DNA of 32,000 bases from Candidatus Brocadia sp. (GCA_021650915.1 CP091279.1:210001-242000); one strand, 5' to 3'; counted from the stretch's first letter, positions 10,401 to 17,822 are shown. Notes: generated by a model from the letters alone, not told the origin. A program made the numbers and translations.

Positions 10401-11881
10401 GCTTTGACATGGGAGATCGGTACGGGGATGGGTTTGACGATGAGAAGCTGGTGCATAAGGTATGTGTAAATGATTTTTTCATAGGGAAATACGAGGTAAC
10501 ACAGGGACAGTGGCGGGAGGTCATGGGCGGGAATCCTTCGGGCTTTCAGATGGGAGATGAATATCCTGTAGAAGAGGTAAGCTGGAATGACGTTCAGGAG
10601 TTTATCAAGAGGTTGAATGAAAAGACTGGGATGAACTATCGTCTTCCCACCGAGGCGGAGTGGGAGTATGCCGCCCGCGCAGGATCAACGACACGGTACC
10701 CCTGTGGTGACGACGAGAAATGCCTTGATTCAATTGCATGGTATTCTGCAAATTCCGGTAATACGACACATCCTGTTGGAAAAAAACTACCAAATGCCTG
10801 GGGGTTATATGATATGATAGGAAATGTATGGGAATGGGTGGAGGACGATTGGCATGATTCCTATGCTGGTGCGCCTACCAATGGTATTGCCTGGATTGAT
10901 AAGGAAAGAGGCTCGGACCGTGTGTTCCGCGGTGGCAGCTGGGACGACTACGCCAGGTACTGCCGTTCGTCTTACCGGTACAACAATGATCCGTCGATCG
11001 ACGTCAACCTCCTTGGCTTCCGGCTGGTCTTGCCTCAGGTCATCAGTCCAGCGCAGCCGAAAGCGGAGGCGGAACGCAGCCCGGGAGCCCTGAGGGACGA
11101 AGGGCTACCGGAGCGGAGTGGAGACGAAGCGCAAGGTAAGCAGGCCGAAGTGCCGCCTGCTGAAAGCGAAATCCTGAAAATGGAGATGGAGTTTGTAAGC
11201 ATCCCTGCGGGAGAATTTCTCATGGGGAGTCACAAGAGTGACAAAGAAAAGGATAAAGATGAGACACCGCAACACAAGGTGATCATAAAAAACGGATTTT
11301 CTATGCAGAAGACCGAGGTAACACAGGGGCAGTGGGTGGAAATCATGGGCAGTAATCCATCCTATTTTAAAGAATGCGGTAAAGATTGTCCGGTTGAAAG
11401 CGTATCATGGAATGACGTGCAGGAGTTTATCAGGAGGTTGAATAAGAAGACGGGAAAGAATTACCGTTTGCCTACTGAGGCGGAGTGGGAATATGCTGCT
11501 CGTGCAGGATCAATGACACGATACCCCTGCGGTGATGATGCGGGCTGTCTTGACGCTATTGCATGGTACGGATCAAATTCTGGTGGTACTCCTCAGCCTG
11601 TTGGAAAAAAGCTACCAAATGCCTGGGGGTTGTACGATATGATAGGGAATGTTTGGGAGTGGTGTCAGGATTGGTATGGTGATAAGTACTATAAAAAAAG
11701 CTCTTCAACTGATCCGAAAGGCCCTGAAACAGGCTCGTACCGTGTGATCCGCGGTGGCGGCTGGCACTACAGCGCCTGGCTCTGCCGTTCGTCAAACCGG
11801 AACAGCAATGATCCGTCGTACGTCGGCAACTTCCTTGGCTTCCGGCTGGTCTTGCCTCAGGTCATCAGTGAAGGAAAGTAA
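7418..11881 (+). CDS. 1487-aa multi-domain membrane protein: N-terminal helical region, TM segments, carboxypeptidase-regulatory-like repeats, degenerate vWA-like region, two C-terminal FGE-sulfatase (SUMF1/C-type-lectin-fold) domains
   Basis: GKVVDQKTGAPVEEVSVQFNNRAAQTDGSGFF (regulatory-like). LVLIDRASFDDQQARFVDEIIDRFA (vWA-like). MVFIQGGCFDMGD...VTQGQWREVMG...YRLPTEAEWEYAARAG...GNVWEWVEDDW...RVFRGGSW...LGFRLV, followed by a second FGE domain at about 11177-11870. Confidence 0.85.
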   Translation: MAQEKLKTCLPILTSEDLIRLAYELRSIGFSIDTRQFVEAHRADDILLGLEVQGELKGPERLKTILAPIFCNTPEEQATFYKFFDSWLSRNARIHEEFKEAGVRVERKPDGQPGWGNFLAQHKYWFISLVSFAVLAIWYFYPMMGVMESKKWLQGKVVDQKTGAPVEEVSVQFNNRAAQTDGSGFFNFGEFPDKTSGDLTFLHPAYLTKTLPGKSTTTQQDMETFQLRRLLKNPRIVVIEVKDKESGVPVAGAEVAFLTKSRRTDVAGKARFNYRREESSTQIDVMHDGYLKNTLTYQLHGYDTVTVSVELVKSLTAEEEAVQSLVERINKVEIVATEGGWMKFYKKYYQKILVGSAVLPFLFLIGWMLGRWYRKPVMLEREATTETPSVDYVMVEWLAEGVFKNSRLRRIIQQFRQHRESVDLELDTEATIYRTINTGGMFTPAYQSRFVLPEYLVLIDRASFDDQQARFVDEIIDRFAADGVYMDRYYFKRAPRVCQPEKPEKPQLALKELITRHPGHRLLVFTDAEGFIDPLTGKLHGWIDQLLHWSDTGIFIPERTDGIRYLERILAKSGFHVEPVSIAGLSRHIERIQFDAASARFDWPLATPYPYLFEDKKDVWLQQAEPDQPHIDELTTALRQYLDEEGILWLGACAVYPELHWELTLYLAAKLTLGDKDTLTAEEQDRLRKKLLEVTRLPWFRYGSMPDWLRLCLIKNLQEKNQHHQIRRIIRELLSSARRDYREGFQKTGRAIRLPVAWKSVIFHLRYLKRKIAALFQRGIDDDPLNDYVFSNYISSGRSLLAVIIPDRVKHLFFRKGQAILGLRPAAGIIMSVAISALVFTAAQWLKPPPSIIDPIPEFAFVKKTSLSGIDGPAGVSRETIAVCLRRFMEHRGISITADADGDYRRVYSQFTIWLAEVLSQKAGLNTSQFAFYTGLTGTPESDFKNVNDKLYVVKAIKIAEKNEESEVAKKTPVVSVTFNIGKLKEDMVFIQGGCFDMGDRYGDGFDDEKLVHKVCVNDFFIGKYEVTQGQWREVMGGNPSGFQMGDEYPVEEVSWNDVQEFIKRLNEKTGMNYRLPTEAEWEYAARAGSTTRYPCGDDEKCLDSIAWYSANSGNTTHPVGKKLPNAWGLYDMIGNVWEWVEDDWHDSYAGAPTNGIAWIDKERGSDRVFRGGSWDDYARYCRSSYRYNNDPSIDVNLLGFRLVLPQVISPAQPKAEAERSPGALRDEGLPERSGDEAQGKQAEVPPAESEILKMEMEFVSIPAGEFLMGSHKSDKEKDKDETPQHKVIIKNGFSMQKTEVTQGQWVEIMGSNPSYFKECGKDCPVESVSWNDVQEFIRRLNKKTGKNYRLPTEAEWEYAARAGSMTRYPCGDDAGCLDAIAWYGSNSGGTPQPVGKKLPNAWGLYDMIGNVWEWCQDWYGDKYYKKSSSTDPKGPETGSYRVIRGGGWHYSAWLCRSSNRNSNDPSYVGNFLGFRLVLPQVISEGK
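10910..11047 (+). other. Putative DGR variable region 1 (VR1) in the first FGE/lectin-like domain
   Basis: 138-nt gap-free alignment to 11732-11869. There are 19 differences (18 at codon positions 1 or 2), concentrated in NNC codons, and a 38-nt identical 3' tail. Encodes GSDRVFRGGSWDDYARYCRSSYRYNNDPSIDVNLLGFRLVLPQVIS. Confidence 0.8.
11086..11104 (+). repeat. Intragenic copy of a GC-rich repeat (AGCCCTGAGGGACGAAGGG), also present at 11903-11921
   Basis: 19-nt exact match, with looser similarity on both sides. Confidence 0.75.
11732..11869 (+). other. Putative DGR variable region 2 (VR2) in the second FGE/lectin-like domain, 4 codons before the stop
   Basis: Aligned to VR1 as above. Encodes GSYRVIRGGGWHYSAWLCRSSNRNSNDPSYVGNFLGFRLVLPQVIS. 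Confidence 0.8.
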
Positions 11882-11963
11882 GGGAGGGTAACGGAGCCCG
11901 GTAGCCCTGAGGGACGAAGGGCGGACGGGGCGGAGTGAAGGGAAGGGAAGCGTTAGGAAAACG

Positions 11964-12079
11964 CATAGCGCGGCACAGCCGCAACCAAATTTCCTTTATG
12001 AAAGCGGGGAAATTGCTTCGGAAAATGCCCTCGCAATGACAGCGACCATGCACTTTGATGGCACACTGCACGTTGTCAT
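11964..12079 (+). repeat. Left part of the IS-interrupted dispersed repeat
   Basis: Same length (116 nt) and near-identical to 3788-3903. Confidence 0.9.
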
Positions 12080-12080
12080 C

Positions 12081-12433
12081 TATGAAAAAGCATGTCAAGA
12101 AAAAATATTATCCCTGTTGACAAAAAAACCAAAGAAATGTTTTCTTGCCATGCGTCCCTTCCGCTTAACTGAGGCTAATCAAGCCATAAAGTCCTGAGTG
12201 CATGAATGACAAACAGATTATTATCGTTTTCTTTCTACTACCTTCTCTGAAATACCTTCGGCAATCGGTTTTCAGTCATCTATCGGTGCTCTTTGCTGAG
12301 CATGGTAATTTTCGATTTAAACGAGGGCGGATCAACCATTGCGTTGGACCTCTTTGGGTCAATGACACGTGGATCTCATCCCTCTCTCAAGAAAACAGGT
12401 GCGAACCAGCCTTTCATGCCTTCTTGCCCTGTT
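12081..12433 (-). ncRNA. Candidate region for the IS-encoded bridge (guide) RNA
   Basis: Long noncoding region 3' of the transposase, as in IS1111-type elements. It contains segments related to both halves of the target site (12335-12343 and 12361-12371). No fold was computed. Confidence 0.4.
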
Positions 12434-13444
12434 TTACTTGATTAGATTGCCAGTGATCAGTCTGTCATTATATTTCTCACTCTTCCTCCACACGCTTAAA
12501 GATATTGCCGCTATCTTACGACATACTGCATTATAGGCATTGTCATGACCGATGCCTTTCAACCGCAAGGTATCGTAATAGTTCCTTAAACCGCTCTTAC
12601 CCTTTAAAACCGAATGTCCTGCCATCTTGTATACGCATTTTAATATCCGATTTCCCCAAATCTTTTCACTCCCATATCCCCTCCCATCACTTATCCTCTT
12701 ATGCCTCACCAACCCACAGTAGCTGTAATATTTGTACTTACTGCTAAACCTCTCCGGGTCTATTACCTGTGATACGATCTTCGCCGCCTGGATACTCCCA
12801 ATGCCGGGAATGCTCTTGAGATATTTTATCTCTTTAAATCCCTTACTGCATCGAACTATCTCTTTAACATATTCCTGCCTGCCTTCTTCCATCTTCTCTA
12901 AAAGCTGATAGATCTGCGTGCCAATAAATTGAAAGTCTCTTCGCTCTAATCCTTCCAGGAAACTCTCGTCGTTATATAACGCTTCACCTTTGATTTTCTT
13001 CCCACTTTTCCGAAATAAGGATTTGTATCGGTTCTTTAGCCTCACACCCTCTTCAATGAAATCCTGATACCCGGACATTAAACTCCTTAACCTCTCCCTC
13101 TTTGAACCATCATGATATACCGGTACGAGAAAACCTCCTCGCAAAAGATTCGACAGCTTCCTGGCATCCATCTTGTCCGTCTTTTTCTTCTTGTAGTCTC
13201 CGTTTGCTACTGGATTGCATACGATCAACTCATCTACTTCTGGTCTCAATATCTCATACAGCCAGTTGCTTAATTCACACTCTTCAAAGGTCAGTTTCTT
13301 AACACCCTCCACTCCCCTCACATACTTCACCAAAAGCCGGCCATTGCTCTCAATCGTAGTGTTGTCTACTTCCCTCCCTCTTTCATCCGTCACATTGAAT
13401 GTACATGTTGACGAATGTGCATCCAATCCTATATACTTTATCAT
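12434..13444 (-). CDS. IS110/IS1111-family (DEDD) transposase
   Basis: 336 aa: MIKYIGLDAHSSTCTFNV...NPVANGDYKKKKTDKMDARKLSNLLRGG...IPGIGSIQAAKIVSQVIDPERFSSKYKYYSYCGLV (DEDD domain plus Transposase_20 domain). Confidence 0.95.
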   Translation of the reverse strand: MIKYIGLDAHSSTCTFNVTDERGREVDNTTIESNGRLLVKYVRGVEGVKKLTFEECELSNWLYEILRPEVDELIVCNPVANGDYKKKKTDKMDARKLSNLLRGGFLVPVYHDGSKRERLRSLMSGYQDFIEEGVRLKNRYKSLFRKSGKKIKGEALYNDESFLEGLERRDFQFIGTQIYQLLEKMEEGRQEYVKEIVRCSKGFKEIKYLKSIPGIGSIQAAKIVSQVIDPERFSSKYKYYSYCGLVRHKRISDGRGYGSEKIWGNRILKCVYKMAGHSVLKGKSGLRNYYDTLRLKGIGHDNAYNAVCRKIAAISLSVWRKSEKYNDRLITGNLIK

Positions 13445-13584
13445 ACAGCCTCCTTTCCAAGGTTTAAAGACTTACCACCTTAATTGGTGGTCTAAAGCCT
13501 TTATGATATTTAATATCACAAAAGGTTATCGCCTATTCAAGGCTTTTTAACCTCCTTGGAAGGACGCTGCTTTTTCATATTACC

Positions 13585-13693
13585 ATTGCGAGTGAAGCGA
13601 AGCAATCTTTCACTCATAAAAAACGGTACTTCCTGAAAGGGATTTGTGAAAAAAACTTACAAAAAAAGAAGTTTTTATACAGTAATACTATAT
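13585..13693 (+). repeat. Right part of the IS-interrupted dispersed repeat
   Basis: CATTGCGAGTGAAGCGAAGCAATCTTTCACTCATAAAAAACGGTAC... matches 3901-4009. Confidence 0.9.
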
Positions 13694-13702
13694 TGTCAAT
13701 TG

Positions 13703-15040
13703 TCAACGTGCACCGCGCGAGTGACGAGATCTTCGTGTTGGCGAATCGGTCACAGGGGAAACCTGCGAGTGGCGATGCTTCGTTGTCCTTGTGAATGATG
13801 TTGTTTGAGTGTCTGTCCCGGAGGCGGCTCTTTTTTGCCTGGTCCGCCGTGCTGTGGCCTGCTTGTGTTTGTGGCTTCGCGGTGGTTGGTGGAGCGCAGA
13901 TGCCGTCTTCTGCGCGGGCGCAGTGTACGTGAAGTCCTTCAGTGTCCGCCGTTCCAGTTTTACGCCAAGGGCGCTCTCTATGGTGCGTACCATGGAGGCG
14001 TCTTCCCGTGTAACAAGGGTAAATGCATCTCCGGTTTTTGCGGCACGGCCGGTGCGACCAATGCGATGGGTGTAAGCTTCCGCGGTGTCGGGTATGTCGT
14101 AGTTAATTACGTGAGAAATCCTTGAAACATCAATGCCGCGAGCGGCGATATCGGTTGCCACCAGGATCTTGAACGATCCGTCACGGAAACCATCGAGTGC
14201 AGCTTGTCTCTGGTTTTGCGACAAGTTACCCTGCAGCGAAGTTGCACCGTGGCCAGCGTTTTTTAATTGCCGCGCTATCTGCCTGGCGCGATGCTTGGTA
14301 CGCGTAAAAACGAGTACGGATTCTGTGTCGGTGTGGTGCAAAATCTCCATCAGCAGCGCAGTTTTGAGATGCTTGTCAACCGGATACAACGCATGGGAGA
14401 CGGTGGTTAATGGCACGGTGTGGTCGATTTGTACGGTAACCGGGTCGCGCAGGATATCGTGTGCCAGATGCCGGATGTCAGATGGCATGGTGGCCGAGAA
14501 AAACAGCGTCTGTCGCTGTGCCGGCAGATGTTTTAAAATCTTCCGGATATCAGGCAGAAAGCCCATGTCGAACATGCGGTCCGCCTCGTCCAGCACGAGT
14601 ATCTCTAACGTTGCCGTATTGATCGTGCCCTGTCTGATATGGTCGAGGAGACGGCCAGGGCATGCGACGGCAATTTCTGCACCGCGGCGCAGTTTCTGAA
14701 TTTGCGGGTTTATAGCGACACCCCCGTAGATGGTAACGCTGCGTAATCCTGTTTGCCTGCCCAGTTCTCCGATCGTATCGTGTATCTGCTCTGCCAGCTC
14801 ACGCGTGGGTGCAATTATCAGGGCGCGAAGCCGTCCGCGTGGTCCTTGCATCAGACGCTGTAAAATCGGCAATACAAATGCAGCGGTTTTGCCGGTTCCG
14901 GTCTGGGCCAGGGCCATAATATCGCGTCCCTGAAGAATCGGCGGAATAGATTGAAGTTGTACGGGCGTGGGGGTAGTATACCCGGCCGCCTGCACGCCAG
15001 CCGCAATGTGCGGATGGAAATGAAATGATTTAAAATCCAC
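13703..15040 (-). CDS. rhlE: DEAD-box ATP-dependent RNA helicase (RhlE-like)
   Basis: Q motif, AQTGTGKT, PTRELA, VLDEADRMFDMGF, SATMP, HRIGRTGR. Confidence 0.93.
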   Translation of the reverse strand: MDFKSFHFHPHIAAGVQAAGYTTPTPVQLQSIPPILQGRDIMALAQTGTGKTAAFVLPILQRLMQGPRGRLRALIIAPTRELAEQIHDTIGELGRQTGLRSVTIYGGVAINPQIQKLRRGAEIAVACPGRLLDHIRQGTINTATLEILVLDEADRMFDMGFLPDIRKILKHLPAQRQTLFFSATMPSDIRHLAHDILRDPVTVQIDHTVPLTTVSHALYPVDKHLKTALLMEILHHTDTESVLVFTRTKHRARQIARQLKNAGHGATSLQGNLSQNQRQAALDGFRDGSFKILVATDIAARGIDVSRISHVINYDIPDTAEAYTHRIGRTGRAAKTGDAFTLVTREDASMVRTIESALGVKLERRTLKDFTYTAPAQKTASALHQPPRSHKHKQATARRTRQKRAASGTDTQTTSFTRTTKHRHSQVSPVTDSPTRRSRHSRGAR

Positions 15041-15598
15041 AAAAACTCCTTATGGTTAAAATATGGGCCGGATCACGTCAGTTCATGGCCCTCTGATAAA
15101 TGATGATTCATGTATTGCTTGTAGTATCCAGAACTAACAGACAGGGATGATTCAATAGTTGGGGAGAGACCATTTGAATGTGAACAGTAAACCTGTGCCG
15201 CGGGGCGGAGACGTTTGTCCGGTCTGATAGATATTAGGCAGCTCTGAATAGCCAATTACCTGTTTCAGTTCGCGACTATTACATAGCCTTGCCTCAACTC
15301 TCGAACGCAATGTCCAATGAGCATACGGTGTGAATGATTATGAAATTATTGTTTCTCTGTAGCAGGTTATCTGAAATCCGAAATGCCTGATAAAAATCTG
15401 TCTAACAATTTAAGGTTCAAGGTATTATACAGATAATTTCTGTTAAGAAAACAAAATATTAAAATATATTTTCCGTTAAGCAGGTTTTTGAAATCTGTTT
15501 ATTCCGGTTTGGTAAACAGCAAGGCTTCAAATTCACGGATTATCAGCCAGGGAAGCAGAAGGTCACAGGCCGCTTGAGTTTTTGGTTTTGAATGGCGA

Positions 15599-15787
15599 TC
15601 ATGGATGCTCTTCCAGGTATTTTCTGATGGCTAATTGGGCAATGGCGAACTCCTCAATCTTTCGTACCATGTGTAACACGTGATGCCATTCTTCCGGCGT
15701 GCCAGCGAGGCCTTCTTCTTTAAATTTTTTTTCCAATTTTTTCAAATCTAATTCCAGTAAGTCGAGTCTGTTTTTTAAATCTTTCAC
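15599..15787 (-). CDS. Small hypothetical protein, 62 aa, helical and charged
   Basis: MKDLKNRLDLLELDLKKLEKKFKEEGLAGTPEEWHHVLHMVRKIEEFAIAQLAIRKYLEEHP. Protein-like composition only. Confidence 0.45.
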   Translation of the reverse strand: MKDLKNRLDLLELDLKKLEKKFKEEGLAGTPEEWHHVLHMVRKIEEFAIAQLAIRKYLEEHP

Positions 15788-15820
15788 GGTTTTCTCCAGT
15801 AATGGTACTATTCAAATTAC

Positions 15821-15972
15821 TGCAAAGGCGCAAAGAGCGCAAAGGCTTGAATCAGTTGTAAGTTGACAGTTTACAGTTGACAGTTAACAGTTAAAAGTTC
15901 AACGTAAAACTCAAAACTCAAAACTCAAAACTCTCAACTTTCAACTTTCTTTGCGTCCTTTGCGTCTTTGCG
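15821..15972. repeat. MITE-like segment: GCAAAG-rich inverted ends flanking AT-rich tandem arrays
   Basis: GCAAAGGCGCAAAGAGCGCAAAGG on the left and CTTTCTTTGCGTCCTTTGCGTCTTTGCGG on the right. Four exact tandem AAAACTC units at 15906-15933, plus degenerate GTTGACAGTT units. Confidence 0.6.
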
Positions 15973-15989
15973 GTGAACTATCTTGTATT

Positions 15990-16730
15990 TTACGGAATTT
16001 TCTTTGCTGGTTTATCATGATCATGATACAGGGAAAATTCATCTTTGGCCTTGTCCGTCCAGCCCTTTGCGGTATAGGCGATGCCAAGCTTTTGGTGGGT
16101 TTCCCTATCTTTGGGTTTGTAGGCCAATGCCGTTTTGAATTCTCTGATCGCATCGTCAATCATCCCGTGAGAGAAATAAGAGAATCCCAGGTTGTAATGA
16201 ACAGAGGCCTTTTGTTTCGTTTTGTCTTCAGAGAGGAGTTCTAAGGATTTTTGATACTGAGGAATAGCCTCATGGTGTAGTCCCTTGCATCGGTATGCGT
16301 AGCCAAGGTTATAGTGCGCCTCTGCCGAATCCGGATTTTGAGTAATCGCCGTCTGAAAGGCACAGATGGCTTCATCCTGCAAGCCCATGTCCCGGTATAA
16401 CAAGCCCTGGTAATAGTAAATATCAGGGTAATTTTTATCCTTTTCCAACAAGGTATTAAATGCCATAAGGGCAGCCGAATAGTTCCCCTGGTTTCCGCAC
16501 GTCAGGGCAAATTGGAACAAGTCATTATTGCTCATGGCTCTTAGTTTATCATTCAACTGTTGAATCTCTAATTTCTGGGAATTTTGAGAATCGTTAGCGG
16601 TTTCACCACTAATACTTCCTGATTTATAAATAATCCCTATGTCCGGGGATGTGGCATCATTCCTACTACAACCCAGCATGAAAGCTACAGGGAGAAGGCT
16701 CAGAAGAATCGTAACATAATAATATTTCAT
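15990..16730 (-). CDS. TPR-repeat lipoprotein
   Basis: Signal peptide with lipobox (VAFMLGCSRND) and repeated TPR motifs (DSAEAHYNLGYAYRCKGLHHEAIPQYQKSLEL). Confidence 0.85.
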   Translation of the reverse strand: MKYYYVTILLSLLPVAFMLGCSRNDATSPDIGIIYKSGSISGETANDSQNSQKLEIQQLNDKLRAMSNNDLFQFALTCGNQGNYSAALMAFNTLLEKDKNYPDIYYYQGLLYRDMGLQDEAICAFQTAITQNPDSAEAHYNLGYAYRCKGLHHEAIPQYQKSLELLSEDKTKQKASVHYNLGFSYFSHGMIDDAIREFKTALAYKPKDRETHQKLGIAYTAKGWTDKAKDEFSLYHDHDKPAKKIP

Positions 16731-16887
16731 GATAAAAAACCTTTCTAAAAGTACAGAATATGTTCACGTGTTGTTTTATCAGGGTAAAAGAATTACCTGA
16801 ATTTTGCAAGAAAAATACGATATGAAATAGATTTTTATGGGAAGTTATTGTTTTTAAAGAAACGGGTAAATATGGTATAATTTTTGT

Positions 16888-17187
16888 ATGATTAACAATA
16901 CGGTAAAAGACATCATAGCCCCTTGCCTTTGGGGGGCTGCAATCAACTCGCTTGATCTTGAATTCGATAAATTCCTCATCATTGAACGAGCTTTAGAACA
17001 TGGCGGTGACAGGCAAATTGAGTTTGCTTTGGCAACTTTCAATCACGACGATATCATCTATGTGGTACAGCAAAGCTCTTATCTAAGTCCCAGGACTGTC
17101 AATTATTGGTGTTTGTTTTTTGACCTGAAAAGGGAGGATACAAAGTGCTTCCAGAAGCAATACCGGTATCTGTGGCCACCCTTTTAG
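16888..17187 (+). CDS. DUF6922-like antitoxin candidate paired with the AbiEii-like gene
   Basis: 99-aa ORF (APCLWGAAINSLDLEFDKFLIIERALEHGGDRQIEFALATF...) overlapping the start of the nucleotidyltransferase ORF. Confidence 0.6.
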   Translation: MINNTVKDIIAPCLWGAAINSLDLEFDKFLIIERALEHGGDRQIEFALATFNHDDIIYVVQQSSYLSPRTVNYWCLFFDLKREDTKCFQKQYRYLWPPF

Positions 17188-17822
17188 ATGATATTCACAC
17201 CTGGCCATTGCCAGTTGGCACCTATATGGCAGGCGGAACTGCTGTTGCCATATACTTGAATCATAGGGTATCAGTGGATATCGATTTGTTCACAGAAAAA
17301 GAGTTCTATTGCAGTTCTATTATAGTTCCTATCGGTCAAAGATATGTCACTACGATAACAAATCCTGCAGAAAAGAATACGCTGACAGCGATGGTCGCTA
17401 ACGTCAGGTTCAGCCTTTTTCATTATCCGTATCCACTTCTTAAACCCCTGGTGAATAAGCCGGAGTGTAATATCGGATTAGCATCGCCAGAGGATATTGC
17501 AGCTATGAAGGTTGTGGCTATAACGCAGAGAGGAAGCGCAAAAGATTTTGTTGATCTTCATGCACTCATAGGGGCTTTTGGATTACCGTTGGATTATTTG
17601 ATAGTGCAGGTTCTGAAAAAATATGGAGTTTCTGGAGATTACGGCTATCAGATAAAGAGGAGTCTGGTATATTTTGATGATGCTGTGAGGAGCTTGGGTG
17701 ATGTAACCGTAATGAGAAATGAAAAAGAGGTAAGACTGGACAGGCATGAGTGGACAAAAATTGAGGAGTTTTTTAAGAGCCTGGTGTTAGGTCGTTATAC
17801 TCCGCAGGCTCACAATTTGTGA
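17145..17822 (+). CDS. AbiEii/AbiGii-type nucleotidyltransferase (toxin-like)
   Basis: YMAGGTAVAIYLNHRVSVDIDLFTEKEFY (GG...DxDLF) and SPEDIAAMKVVAITQRGSAKDFVDLHALI. Confidence 0.85.
   Translation: MLPEAIPVSVATLLDDIHTWPLPVGTYMAGGTAVAIYLNHRVSVDIDLFTEKEFYCSSIIVPIGQRYVTTITNPAEKNTLTAMVANVRFSLFHYPYPLLKPLVNKPECNIGLASPEDIAAMKVVAITQRGSAKDFVDLHALIGAFGLPLDYLIVQVLKKYGVSGDYGYQIKRSLVYFDDAVRSLGDVTVMRNEKEVRLDRHEWTKIEEFFKSLVLGRYTPQAHNL

Larger units (their letters stand above)
12080..13584 (-). mobile_element. IS110-family element, IS1111-like subgroup, ~1.5 kb
   Basis: DEDD transposase ORF with ~350 nt of noncoding DNA downstream of it. Perfect 12-bp subterminal inverted repeats TATGAAAAAGCA (12081-12092) and TGCTTTTTCATA (13569-13580). 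Boundaries are defined by the uninterrupted repeat copy. Confidence 0.85.

Noticed and set aside
10910-11869. Template repeat or DGR reverse transcriptase within this window
   Set aside because: I scanned the ORF list for RT motifs and the noncoding DNA near the gene for an AAC-rich copy of the VR and found neither. Any DGR machinery must be outside the window.
12335-12343. ACCATTGCG inside the IS as evidence by itself of a second insertion or target duplication
   Set aside because: It is only 9 nt. It is reported solely as a possible guide segment together with the nearby antisense match.
14133-14699. 188-aa + strand ORF opposite the helicase gene
   Set aside because: Antisense to a strongly supported DEAD-box helicase, with no domain signal.
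15906-15933. CRISPR array
   Set aside because: The AAAACTC units are contiguous 7-nt tandem repeats with no spacers and no cas genes nearby.
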